This document shows positions 8,496-18,012 of a stretch of DNA of 64,000 nucleotides, piece by piece (position 1 is the stretch's first letter; each line of letters starts with the position of its first letter). The translations under genes and the position numbers were made by a program. Source of the stretch: an uncultured Bacteroidales bacterium (GTDB lineage Bacteria; Bacteroidota; Bacteroidia; Bacteroidales; UBA932); NCBI GenBank assembly GCA_900318955.1, contig ONMJ01000006.1:33586-97585 (forward strand), in the 5' to 3' direction. Below the pieces are notes generated by a model, which ran no database searches, was not told where the DNA came from, and saw only the letters and a program-made list of their open reading frames with translations.

Positions 8496-9965
8496 ATGAA
8501 GTATTACGATAAACTCATATTCGAATTTTCAAAGGAAGGTAATATTGGATATTCACTTCCTCGTAACCGCTATTCCGAGACACCTTTGCTCCCTTCTTCT
8601 GTCGCAAGGGAAGCTCCTCTACCGCTTCCCGAGGTAAGCGAAGTAGATGTGGTTCGTCATTATACCAATCTTTCCCAGATGAACTTCGGCGTCGATACCG
8701 GTTTCTATCCGCTCGGCAGCTGCACTATGAAATACAATCCGAAGATTAATGAGGAGATTGCCGCAATGCCGGCTTGGAACAGTATCCATCCTCTTCAGGA
8801 TGAGGATACCGTCCAGGGTGTGCTGGAAGTGTATTATAACATGGAAAAGTCTCTAGCCGCAATTACGGGCCTTTCCAAGTTCACATTCAACCCTTGCGCC
8901 GGAGCTCATGGAGAACTTACCGGACTCATGATTATGAAACGTTATCATGAGCTGAGGGGAGACTCTGCAAGAAAGAAGATTATCGTACCGGACAGCGCTC
9001 ACGGGACCAACCCTGCTTCTGCCGCAGTCTGCGGTTTTGAAGTTGTCGAGGTGAAGTCTTTGGAGAATGGAAGGATAGATGTTGCCGCACTGGAAACACT
9101 TCTGGATGAGACTGTTGCCGGTATTATGATGACAAATCCCAATACCCTCGGACTATTTGAAACCGAGATCAAGGAAATCGCTACTCTTGTCCATAAGGCC
9201 GGAGGCCTTCTGTACTACGATGGAGCCAATATGAATCCTCTTATGGGCGTCGTTCGTCCAGGCGATATGGGCTTTGACATCATGCATCTGAATCTCCATA
9301 AGACTTTCTCGACCCCTCATGGCGGAGGAGGCCCTGGAAGCGGCCCGGTGGGTGTTGCAAAGCATCTTGAAGCTTGCCTGCCACTTCCTCATGTTGTTAA
9401 GGGTGAAGATGGAAAGTTCCATATTGAAAAGGAGAATGGTACAACAGCCGGAAAGGTTTCCGGTTTTATGGGTAATTTTGGTGTCATCCTAAGGGCATAC
9501 ACTTACATTTTGATGCTTGGGAAGCAGCACCTCAGGAGCGTAGGACAGCTCTCTGTCCTCGGTGCCAACTATATCAAGGAAAGCCTCAAAGACGTCTATA
9601 AATTACCTATCGGGGGCGTCTGCAAGCATGAATTCGTATTCGACGGACTCGTCAATGACGGAGCTCATGACGATGTTCCCGGGGCTACAACCCTTGATGT
9701 AGCGAAGAGGCTTCTTGACTTCGGGTTCCATGCTCCAACGATTTATTTCCCTCTTCTTTTCCACCAGGCGATAATGATCGAGCCGACCGAAACAGAGTCA
9801 AAAGAAACTCTGGATTCTTTCATAGAGGTAATGAGGGAAATAGCAAAGGAAGCGGCTGAGGATCCTAATATACTCCACGAGGCACCTCACAATACACCTG
9901 TCCGCCGTCCCGATGAGACAGCGGCAGCACGAAATCCGATACTGAAATATCAGGATGCAATATAA
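8496..9965 (+). CDS. gcvPB: Glycine dehydrogenase subunit 2
   Basis: YPLGSCTMKYNPK, PDSAHGTNPASA, PLP-lysine motif HLNLHKTFSTPHGGGGPG, MIEPTETES. Confidence 0.95.
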   Translation: MKYYDKLIFEFSKEGNIGYSLPRNRYSETPLLPSSVAREAPLPLPEVSEVDVVRHYTNLSQMNFGVDTGFYPLGSCTMKYNPKINEEIAAMPAWNSIHPLQDEDTVQGVLEVYYNMEKSLAAITGLSKFTFNPCAGAHGELTGLMIMKRYHELRGDSARKKIIVPDSAHGTNPASAAVCGFEVVEVKSLENGRIDVAALETLLDETVAGIMMTNPNTLGLFETEIKEIATLVHKAGGLLYYDGANMNPLMGVVRPGDMGFDIMHLNLHKTFSTPHGGGGPGSGPVGVAKHLEACLPLPHVVKGEDGKFHIEKENGTTAGKVSGFMGNFGVILRAYTYILMLGKQHLRSVGQLSVLGANYIKESLKDVYKLPIGGVCKHEFVFDGLVNDGAHDDVPGATTLDVAKRLLDFGFHAPTIYFPLLFHQAIMIEPTETESKETLDSFIEVMREIAKEAAEDPNILHEAPHNTPVRRPDETAAARNPILKYQDAI

Positions 9966-11318
9966 ATGAGTAAGAGTATAACTATCATCGGAGCAGGTCC
10001 CGGTGGATACGAGACTGCTGCAGCGGCAGCCGAAAAGGGGTTCGACGTCACTCTGATTACCGACGGACCCCTTGGCGGCACCTGCCTTAACGAAGGATGC
10101 ATTCCCACTAAGTGCCTTTGCCGCAATGCCGAGGTCCTGGAAGATTTTGCTCATTCGGAAGAATATGGCATAACAGCAAGTTATTCGTTTGATTTTAAAA
10201 AGGCTGTTGAGCGAAAAGAAGCTGTCATCTCTCAGCTTAGAAGCGGGATAGAGTTTCTCCTCAAGAAAGTCAGGATAATCGAGGGAAAAGCCTCTTTTAA
10301 AGACTCTCACACTGTTTTGGTTGGGGAGGAAGAGATAGAATCCGATTACATAATAATTGCAACGGGTTCTGTGTCTGCCCTTTTACCGATTCCGGGTAAT
10401 GACCTCGAGGGGGTAATAACATCCAAAGAGTTACTGTCGATAGATGTAATTCCAAGGAAACTCTGCATCATAGGAGCAGGCGTTATCGGACTTGAATTCG
10501 CCTCTATTTTCAATAGCTTCGGGAGTGAAGTGACTGTGCTGGAATATTGTCCGAATGTTCTTCCTCGCTTTGATATAGACCTCGCTAAAAGATTGAAACA
10601 AAGCTTGTCAAAAAAAGGCATCTCAATCATTACTTCAGCTAAAGTAGAAAGCATTGAACACTCTCCTGGAGGCCTTGAAGTCAAGTATCAGTTCAAGGAT
10701 AATCGCTTTTCAATCCTCTCTGACAAAGTTTTGATGGCCGTCGGCAGAAGACCGAATTTAAAGTCTCTTAACTTTGATGAAATTGGTATCGAAACGACTC
10801 CTAAGGGTGTTGTAGTCAACAATTATATGCAGACTTCGGTCCCGAATATATATGCAATCGGAGACATTACCGGTGGGATGATGCTTGCTCATGTTGCGAC
10901 ATTCCAGGGCCGCCGCGTCCTTAATCACCTTACTGCAGGATGCCCTTCCGAAGGGCCCGTCGATAAGATTCAGCTTGATTTGGTCCCGGCCGCAGTATTC
11001 ACCTCTCCGGAGGTCGCAACAATAGGGAAGACAGAGGAAGAGTGCAAGGCTGAAGGAGTCGCCTTTAAAATCCGGAAGTCTTTCTACAGGGCAAACGGGA
11101 AAGCTCTGAGCATGAATTCGCCCGATGGCTACTGTAAGATTATCGAGGAAGAGAAATCAGGAAGAATTCTCGGTTGCCATATTATAGGCTCGCACGCTTC
11201 AGACCTCATCCAGGAGGTTACAGCTCTGATTTCCATGGATGGGAATATCTATGACCTCTCATCCATTATTCATGCCCATCCGACACTTTCTGAGATAGTT
11301 TTGAACGCTGCCGATTAA
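9966..11318 (+). CDS. lpdA: Dihydrolipoyl dehydrogenase (L protein)
   Basis: IGAGPGGY, GGTCLNEGCIPTK redox motif, IGAGVIGLE, HAHPTLSE. Confidence 0.95.
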   Translation: MSKSITIIGAGPGGYETAAAAAEKGFDVTLITDGPLGGTCLNEGCIPTKCLCRNAEVLEDFAHSEEYGITASYSFDFKKAVERKEAVISQLRSGIEFLLKKVRIIEGKASFKDSHTVLVGEEEIESDYIIIATGSVSALLPIPGNDLEGVITSKELLSIDVIPRKLCIIGAGVIGLEFASIFNSFGSEVTVLEYCPNVLPRFDIDLAKRLKQSLSKKGISIITSAKVESIEHSPGGLEVKYQFKDNRFSILSDKVLMAVGRRPNLKSLNFDEIGIETTPKGVVVNNYMQTSVPNIYAIGDITGGMMLAHVATFQGRRVLNHLTAGCPSEGPVDKIQLDLVPAAVFTSPEVATIGKTEEECKAEGVAFKIRKSFYRANGKALSMNSPDGYCKIIEEEKSGRILGCHIIGSHASDLIQEVTALISMDGNIYDLSSIIHAHPTLSEIVLNAAD

Positions 11319-11989
11319 TGCAACTGAGACCGATAGCATATTACAGAGGACAGATTGGGACCAAGTTCGGGGTACCACGTCAGAGTTCACTTGCGAACGC
11401 CCTGACTGGGACTATTGTATTCGAACCGGAATTCCGCCGCGAGGAGGCTCTCAGGGGCCTTCTCGGCGAAGATGGATTCGATTGGATTTGGCTCATCTGG
11501 GGTTTCAGTCTAAACAATCAGGCAGAAGGGCAGTGGCAGCCGACCGTACGTCCTCCAAGGCTGGGAGGGAACGTATCCATGGGAGTGTTTGCCACAAGAT
11601 CGCCTTTCCGACCCAATCCAATCGGCCTTTCTGCAGTCCATATTGAAAAGATAGAAAACTCCGAGATAACAGTTTCAGGAGCAGACCTTGCTGATGGGAC
11701 CCCCATTTACGACATTAAACCTTATCTTGTCTATGCCGACTGCCATCCGGAAGCTTCGAGGGGGTTCGCACCTTCTTCTCCCGAGCCGGTACTGGAGGTG
11801 CTGTTTAATGTGGAACTTCCTTTTGGAAAGGAAGATAGAGAAGCTCTGAGGCAGATTCTTTCCCTCGATCCACGGCCGGCATACCAGGATAAAAGTGACA
11901 AGAAATACGGTTTGATTTTCGAAGGGTATGATATTAAATTCAGAGTAGATAACGATAAATTGATTGTGACAGATTATGACAGACACTAG
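11318..11989 (+). CDS. tsaA: tRNA m6t6A37 methyltransferase TrmO (TsaA)
   Basis: KFGVPRQ, TVRPPRLGGN, GVFATRSPFRPNPIGLS, DGTPIYDIKPY. Confidence 0.92.
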   Translation: MQLRPIAYYRGQIGTKFGVPRQSSLANALTGTIVFEPEFRREEALRGLLGEDGFDWIWLIWGFSLNNQAEGQWQPTVRPPRLGGNVSMGVFATRSPFRPNPIGLSAVHIEKIENSEITVSGADLADGTPIYDIKPYLVYADCHPEASRGFAPSSPEPVLEVLFNVELPFGKEDREALRQILSLDPRPAYQDKSDKKYGLIFEGYDIKFRVDNDKLIVTDYDRH

Positions 11990-12707
11990 ATTTGTATTAT
12001 GCCTTGCCGTTCTTCCGGCACTTATACTTCTCTTTTATACCTATCAGCAGGATAAACTGCAGAGGGAGCCCATAGGACAGGTCCTCAAGGGCTTCCTCTA
12101 TGGTTGGCTGTCGGTTTTCTGTTCGTTTTTCATATCAGTGCCGGCGAAATTATTCGGTCTTTTCCCTTCCGAGATAACAAACTTCGGCGGAGCTGTCGCG
12201 ACAGCATTTTTCGGGGCCGCCATTCCGGAAGAGACCGCTAAACTTTTCTGTCTCTGGCTCTTCCTGAGAAACAACAGGAATTTCGATGAGAGAATGGATG
12301 GCATTGTCTATGCTGTCGCTGTCGGGATGGGATTTGCTGCGTTCGAGAACATAGAGTATCTGTTTGCTGCAGGCTCTGATTGGGTCACGACCGGCATTGG
12401 CCGCTCCATGACCGCTATCCCCGGTCACTTCGGATTTGCCGTACTGATGGGCTATTACTACTCGCTCAACCACTTTGACAGATACAGGGCTCCATTTGCA
12501 GGAATTAAAATGTGGCTTTATCCGGTAATTGCCCACGGGCTATATGATTCCGTTGCCATGGTAACTGCATTTTCCCCAGAAATCAGTGGAACGATAACAA
12601 TAGCAATACTTCTTTTCTGTTTTATGATGATAAAATGGGCACGAAAAGGCATGGAAAAGCATCTAATAGCAGATGCATCTTCATCATACGGAATTGACGA
12701 ACAATAA
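11976..12707 (+). CDS. prsW: PrsW-family intramembrane metalloprotease
   Basis: Multi-TM protein with PEETAK, GFAAFEN, PGHF and AHGLYD motifs intact. Confidence 0.88.
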   Translation: MTDTRFVLCLAVLPALILLFYTYQQDKLQREPIGQVLKGFLYGWLSVFCSFFISVPAKLFGLFPSEITNFGGAVATAFFGAAIPEETAKLFCLWLFLRNNRNFDERMDGIVYAVAVGMGFAAFENIEYLFAAGSDWVTTGIGRSMTAIPGHFGFAVLMGYYYSLNHFDRYRAPFAGIKMWLYPVIAHGLYDSVAMVTAFSPEISGTITIAILLFCFMMIKWARKGMEKHLIADASSSYGIDEQ

Positions 12708-12709
12708 AA

Positions 12710-13966
12710 ATGACAGGATATCAGGGAATTAAATACTTTCTCGACAGGTACAAGAAGGCTGAGCTCAGGGACATTGCAAATGTCTTTGGGAAAGACCTCT
12801 CAATGTCTTTAAAGAAGCACGATATGGCCGAGGAACTCGCCACCTACCTCAGTTGTTCTCCAGCCGAGTGGATGGATTTTATGTTCGAAAGGGATCTTCT
12901 GCTTCTTTCCAAACTGGTATCAATGGGACCGGATAAGCCTCTTTTTCTCAATCCGCCAGATTATCCTACCATCCTGGAATTCGGAGGGATCATAAGCAGT
13001 GATTCGGCCGAAGGGGAAGACTATCACAAAGTCTGGATTACAGAGGATATTTATAATCTAACCAAACCGCATATAGGTAAGGCCCTAAGAGAGGGAAGAC
13101 GTAGCGGAAGGTTTGAGATAGAGAGAGTTATGATCGGTTATCTCAACCTTTACGGAATAATACCTTTCGAGATGTACAGCGATCTTCTGGTCGACTATGC
13201 ATCAAGTCCATATAGTCCAGGATATGATAATGTGATGCGTTTTATCGGCAATAATCCGATTACGAAAGTTTATCACTGGTACGACGATGAAGGGAATCTT
13301 TACATGTGTTCTCCGTCAGTGGAGGATCCGGGACAGTTGGTCAGCGACAGGAAAGCATTTACCGAAGCGGGGGAATACAAGAAATTCTCGATTGAAGATG
13401 CAATAGAGGCCGGTCGCGGCGCCCCTTATTTTATATTCGGGATGAATACCGATACCGGACAATCTCTGGACATGATGCTTAGGTCTCTAGGCTACGAAGG
13501 TGATGACCTGATTTGGGAAGAACATGAAATTTGGATGTGCGCTCAAAATCCCGAAGTCAATATATCTCTGTTCGACTCCGTAACGAGCCTCGTAGACAGT
13601 ATCCCGACTGAGGAAATGTACATTTCATATCTGAGAATAATTGCTGACTATGCCAACAACGCTCCCAAGTGGGTTCTGAATGGACATTCTGCAGAGGAGA
13701 CCGGTTACTTGAGGGTTGATCCCAGCCTGGAGACATCTGAAGATGGTCAAGAGGATTCCCATCCTCACTGGGAAATGCCTTTCCCTACAATTTCAGACGG
13801 TTATTCAGATGTTATTGAAACAGATCCCCAGCTAGATAGCCTGCTCTCAAAAATGCCGCTCGGATTTCCCTTCGGTATGGCAATTCCGCACGTTTCCGGT
13901 GATGATCCTTGTCCTTGCGGGAGCGGTCTGAAGTATTCCAACTGCCACGGAAAAATAAAAAGTTGA
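12710..13966 (+). CDS. SEC-C (zinc-binding) domain protein
   Basis: C-terminal DDPCPCGSGLKYSNCHGK; NNAPKWVLNGHS upstream; acidic body. Confidence 0.8.
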   Translation: MTGYQGIKYFLDRYKKAELRDIANVFGKDLSMSLKKHDMAEELATYLSCSPAEWMDFMFERDLLLLSKLVSMGPDKPLFLNPPDYPTILEFGGIISSDSAEGEDYHKVWITEDIYNLTKPHIGKALREGRRSGRFEIERVMIGYLNLYGIIPFEMYSDLLVDYASSPYSPGYDNVMRFIGNNPITKVYHWYDDEGNLYMCSPSVEDPGQLVSDRKAFTEAGEYKKFSIEDAIEAGRGAPYFIFGMNTDTGQSLDMMLRSLGYEGDDLIWEEHEIWMCAQNPEVNISLFDSVTSLVDSIPTEEMYISYLRIIADYANNAPKWVLNGHSAEETGYLRVDPSLETSEDGQEDSHPHWEMPFPTISDGYSDVIETDPQLDSLLSKMPLGFPFGMAIPHVSGDDPCPCGSGLKYSNCHGKIKS

Positions 13967-14010
13967 TTTTTTCGTGCAGTATTTTTAATACCCGATAATT
14001 TATTGAGCGT

Positions 14011-14685
14011 ATGAATAATAAGATTATTTCGCTCATTATTTTTCTAATGCTTCTTCCTCTCTCTTGCATGAAGGAAGAAGCAACAGTCTTGGATGGTCCA
14101 TACAGCTCAACTGTAACCAGTTCATCCCCCAAAGATGCAATAGCAACAGTAAGAGTGGAAGAAGGGAAGGTGGTTCTCGTTCTCTCGAATAAGAACCGGG
14201 TCTTCCCTCTAAATTGGGATCTGGCTATTCCAAAGGAGCCTTACAGAGCTATGGTAGAATACGTCAAAGTAAGTGTAGAGAATGATCCAAATAAGAATTA
14301 TGTCCATCTTTTATGGCTGGAACCGATTCAGACCGGGAATATTATTCTTGATACTGTGACCCCATCTTCTGCCAAGGCTGCAGACCCTGTCGGTATCGTC
14401 AAAGATGAATTCACCTCACTCGAAGATAGGTTCCTTACAATTCATTATAAGATAAATACTTCCGGAACCATTCCTCATAGCTTCTCTCTGACTCCGGGGG
14501 AGGAAAAAAATGAGATTGTTCTCCTTCATGATGCTCATGGAGATGCTCCCACATACTTGGAGGAAGGACTGATTGCTTTCCCGCTCGATCAAATTCTACC
14601 GGTAAGCGGGAGGGCAAAACTATCGGTCTCATACCGAGATCTTGACAATAATATATCAACGCTGCAATTTGAATACAACTTATAG
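14011..14685 (+). CDS. NigD-like lipoprotein
   Basis: Lipobox LPLSC; DPVGIV...LEDRFLTIHY...HSFSL...LLHDAHGD pattern typical of the NigD C-terminal region. Confidence 0.75.
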   Translation: MNNKIISLIIFLMLLPLSCMKEEATVLDGPYSSTVTSSSPKDAIATVRVEEGKVVLVLSNKNRVFPLNWDLAIPKEPYRAMVEYVKVSVENDPNKNYVHLLWLEPIQTGNIILDTVTPSSAKAADPVGIVKDEFTSLEDRFLTIHYKINTSGTIPHSFSLTPGEEKNEIVLLHDAHGDAPTYLEEGLIAFPLDQILPVSGRAKLSVSYRDLDNNISTLQFEYNL

Positions 14686-15235
14686 CAGTAGTAACGAAAT
14701 AGACCTGGCCAACCGACTCAAGAAACAGGACAGATCGGCGATGAGAGATTTCTATTCTTCCACCGTCAGTTATCTTACAGGGGTCTGCAGTAGATATATT
14801 CCCGATAACGATGTAGTAAAAGATATTCTCCAAGAAGCATATATAAAGATATTTAAATCTATTGATAAGTTCCAATACAGGGGAGCGGGGTCACTTAAAG
14901 CGTGGGTGACAAGGATTGTTGTCAATGACTGTTTGAAGTCATTAAAGAAGAAAAAGAATGTACAGCTGATTGATAACAAGTACCCCGATATACCTGACGA
15001 AGAGGATACTGATCCCGGAATGGGAGATTTGCCGATGAACGTAATATTGGATATGATCCGGTCTCTTCCGGACGGATACAGGACGGTATTCAATCTATTC
15101 GTTTTTGAGAACAAAAGTCACAAGGAGATTGCCTCGCTTCTTGGAATAAAGGAAAACTCATCAGCATCACAATATTTCAGGGCAAGGATGATGCTTGTTG
15201 AGAAAATTGAAAAATACAGGAAAGAACATAGATAG
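14642..15235 (+). CDS. ECF RNA polymerase sigma factor (start uncertain: TTG 14642 or TTG 14669)
   Basis: Region 2 DILQEAYIKIF/LKAWVTRIVVN; region 4 LPDGYRTVFNLFVFENKSHKEIASLLGI. Confidence 0.92.
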   Translation: MTIIYQRCNLNTTYSSSNEIDLANRLKKQDRSAMRDFYSSTVSYLTGVCSRYIPDNDVVKDILQEAYIKIFKSIDKFQYRGAGSLKAWVTRIVVNDCLKSLKKKKNVQLIDNKYPDIPDEEDTDPGMGDLPMNVILDMIRSLPDGYRTVFNLFVFENKSHKEIASLLGIKENSSASQYFRARMMLVEKIEKYRKEHR

Positions 15236-15242
15236 TTTTGCA

Positions 15243-16466
15243 ATGGAAGATTGGAAGAAAGAGTTAAAGTCCCGTTTCGACGACTTTCAGATGAGGGAGC
15301 CTGAAGGTCTGTGGGACTCTATAGAAAAAGAGCTTCCGGATAAGAAGCGGAAAGTGATTCCATTTGGATGGATCACTCTCGCTGCTGTAACGGCTGCGGC
15401 TGCAGCTCTCGCTGTCTTTGTTGTTCCTAAGGGTAGAAATGCGGGCAATTTGCCTGAACCTATCGCTGTTTTGGAAGAGGCTCCCGCTTCCTTTGATGAG
15501 AATGTTTCTATTCTTCCGGAAATCCCTTCGTCACCTAAATCACCTGTCATTGTCAAGTCACTTGCAGAGGTCATTCCGGTTGTATACGACGAGCAGAAAT
15601 CGATAGAGTCTGTCAGTGCTGAAGAAGTGAATGAAGAAGATGCTCAAGAGGGGGAAGAAAAAGAATTTATCCCGTCGGAAGTCCCTTCAAGAGAAGCTCA
15701 ATTCACTCGTCGGAATAAGTCGGAACAACTTGATAATGAGTTTATTGACAGCCCAATCGTCGCTATACCAAAGAAAAAGGGCGGTCTCTCATATAAGATT
15801 TCCACCTCGGCATCCCGGACATCAACTACATCATCGTCCGGGTATGGTAATTCAATTTTAGGCACAAGGTCGGACATTTCTCTCGATTCATATTCGAATA
15901 TGAGGCGCCTTCTTTCCACCAATCAGGCAACTGAAAAGACGGTAACTCACAGAATGCCGGCAAGAATCAGTTTCGATGTCGTTTATAATATCACAGACCG
16001 TATCGGTATTGGGACGGGACTATCGAGAACATCGCTTTCAAGCAATATTCACAGCGGGACTTCCACCATGTACACTGATTCGGAACAGAAGATGGTGCTT
16101 TTGGGTATCCCGATTTCTCTATACTATGGAATTCCTCTTTCCGCCAAATGGCTTGAAGTATATGCCTCGGTCGGAGGAATGTGGGAAAAAGCAGTCGATT
16201 ACTCACTGGATTCTCATGAATACATAGGCGGGCAAAAGACATCGGCCAAATCTCACTCCGAAGAAGTCCCCTCGTACAATCAATGGTCTGTCAATGCAGT
16301 CGCCGGAGTGAGAATCAGTCTCTCCGAAAAATCGGCGTGGTCAGTTTTTGCTGAAGGAGGGGCCGTCAGGCACTTCGACAACGGCAGCGAGATCCCTACG
16401 ATATACAATGACAAGCCGCTGATGCCTCTTCTCAATTTCGGCCTCCGATATAGTATAAATAACTAA
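15243..16466 (+). CDS. Putative dual-membrane-spanning anti-sigma factor (cytoplasmic domain, TM helix, linker, outer-membrane beta-barrel)
   Basis: ATG 15243 MEDWKKELKSRFDDFQMREPEGLWDSIE; TM WITLAAVTAAAAALAVFVV; E/P/S-rich linker; amphipathic strands ending LNFGLRYSINN; follows the ECF sigma. Confidence 0.78.
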   Translation: MEDWKKELKSRFDDFQMREPEGLWDSIEKELPDKKRKVIPFGWITLAAVTAAAAALAVFVVPKGRNAGNLPEPIAVLEEAPASFDENVSILPEIPSSPKSPVIVKSLAEVIPVVYDEQKSIESVSAEEVNEEDAQEGEEKEFIPSEVPSREAQFTRRNKSEQLDNEFIDSPIVAIPKKKGGLSYKISTSASRTSTTSSSGYGNSILGTRSDISLDSYSNMRRLLSTNQATEKTVTHRMPARISFDVVYNITDRIGIGTGLSRTSLSSNIHSGTSTMYTDSEQKMVLLGIPISLYYGIPLSAKWLEVYASVGGMWEKAVDYSLDSHEYIGGQKTSAKSHSEEVPSYNQWSVNAVAGVRISLSEKSAWSVFAEGGAVRHFDNGSEIPTIYNDKPLMPLLNFGLRYSINN

Positions 16467-17047
16467 TCCTCAAGGAATTCCTGAAGAAGGGAATACACCA
16501 AGTGGACAGGGAAGCCCACAACATTGAAATAGGATCCTTCAATCCTTGTAATACCGATGTATCCTATCCATTCCTGGACACCGTATGCTCCGGCTTTGTC
16601 AAAGGGGCGACAAGCATCTACATAATACTCTATCTCGCCCTCAGAGAGATCTTTGAACCATACCAGAGTGGTATCCGTCACAGTCTTGAACTTCTTGGAA
16701 TCCCTGACAGTAACGGCTGTTATCACTTTATGCTCCCGTCCCGAAAGGTCTCTAAGCATCCTCACAGCATCCTCGCGTCCATGCGGTTTCCCGAGAATCT
16801 CATCGGAGAGAATGACCATTGTGTCGGCTGTAATAAGTATTTCGTCATCAGCTAGAGGACGGTGGAATCCCAGAGACTTTCCTTCCGACATCAATACAGG
16901 GACCTCATCATATGGAGTATCAGGGGAGTAGGATTCAGAAAAAGTGTTTCCGGTGTCGACTATGAAATCGATATTCAGTCCTGCCATGAGCTCTCTCCTT
17001 CGCGGAGAATTGCTCCCAAGTATAATTTTCCTGCCCTTAAGATCCAT
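16463..17047 (-). CDS. maf: Maf-like nucleoside triphosphate pyrophosphatase
   Basis: ILGSNSPRRRELM, ITADTMV, GKP, DKAGAYGVQ, NVVGFP. Confidence 0.93.
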   Translation of the reverse strand: MDLKGRKIILGSNSPRRRELMAGLNIDFIVDTGNTFSESYSPDTPYDEVPVLMSEGKSLGFHRPLADDEILITADTMVILSDEILGKPHGREDAVRMLRDLSGREHKVITAVTVRDSKKFKTVTDTTLVWFKDLSEGEIEYYVDACRPFDKAGAYGVQEWIGYIGITRIEGSYFNVVGFPVHLVYSLLQEFLED

Positions 17048-17049
17048 TA

Positions 17050-17589
17050 TTAGAATCTCTTTTTATAGTCGCAAGCATCGAAAACCCACCTTCCTGCGGC
17101 TTTCATTGTCCTTTCAAATCCATCTCTGATACAGCCCTTGCCGCCGGGATAATCAGATACCCAGTCGGCACTGTCCTTTACATCCTGGACTGCGTCAGAA
17201 GGGCAAATACCAATACCGGCCGCGACTATGGTCTCAATATCCGGAAGATCATCACCAAAGTACATAATCTCTTCCGGCTTTAGGGAATATTTCCTGCAAA
17301 AATCATTGAAATCAGCTATCTTGTCTCTTGAGCCAAGATACACATCGTCTTCTTTTATTCCGCAAGAGCGAAATCTTTCCCGGATACTACCGGAACGGCC
17401 TCCTGTGATGACGGCGACGGGATAACCATTCATCGTCGCCATCCTTACTGCAAAGCCGTCCTTTGCATCGAATGTCCTGTATAGCTGACCTTCAAGGTCA
17501 CAGAGAATACCACCGTCGGTCATTACACCGTCAACGTCGAAGGCAAAAGCCTTGATTCTCTTCAGTACGCTTATATCCGGAACCGCCAT
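17050..17589 (-). CDS. kdsC: KDO 8-phosphate phosphatase (HAD family)
   Basis: FDVDGVMTDG, DAKDGFA, YFGDDLPD, PSDA. Confidence 0.88.
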   Translation of the reverse strand: MAVPDISVLKRIKAFAFDVDGVMTDGGILCDLEGQLYRTFDAKDGFAVRMATMNGYPVAVITGGRSGSIRERFRSCGIKEDDVYLGSRDKIADFNDFCRKYSLKPEEIMYFGDDLPDIETIVAAGIGICPSDAVQDVKDSADWVSDYPGGKGCIRDGFERTMKAAGRWVFDACDYKKRF

Positions 17590-17924
17590 TAGGACTTGCT
17601 GCCTCCTCCGATAGGACCGAATCCGCCAAGATTGAACGTGCCTCCTTGATTCTTCGGCTGACCTTCAAGGTCTATGAGGCCGAAATTGGCTTCGTACTTG
17701 CTGATATTGTCGAACAGGGCATTGAGGAGCCTTTTGGCATGTTCAGGGGTCATTACAATCCTGTTTGAGATTTCCGGTTTGGGAAGTCCTGGGAGATTGG
17801 TAGCGAAATCAATGATGAATTCACTGCGTGAGTGGGTGATAATTGCGAGGTTTGAATATGAGCCCTTTGCGATTTCGGGCTTGAGATCGAGGCTGATCTG
17901 TTTCTGCTGGTTATTGTTATCCAT
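17589..17924 (-). CDS. DUF3467 family protein
   Basis: GSYSNLAIITHSRSEFIIDF and RIVMTPEHAKRLLNALFDNISKYE. Confidence 0.88.
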   Translation of the reverse strand: MDNNNQQKQISLDLKPEIAKGSYSNLAIITHSRSEFIIDFATNLPGLPKPEISNRIVMTPEHAKRLLNALFDNISKYEANFGLIDLEGQPKNQGGTFNLGGFGPIGGGSKS

Positions 17925-17947
17925 AATATGTATCTGTTTTCTGATGG

Positions 17948-17975
17948 CAAAATTAATAAAAATTGTTATTTTTGT
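17948..17975. promoter_or_regulatory. Back-to-back -7 elements (TAATTTTG on minus, 17948-17955; TATTTTTG on plus, 17968-17975)
   Basis: Two TAnnTTTG matches between the divergent DUF3467 and valS genes. Confidence 0.55.
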
Positions 17976-18012
17976 AGACTATTGAACGAAGATTATAAAA
18001 GTAAAAACTAAT

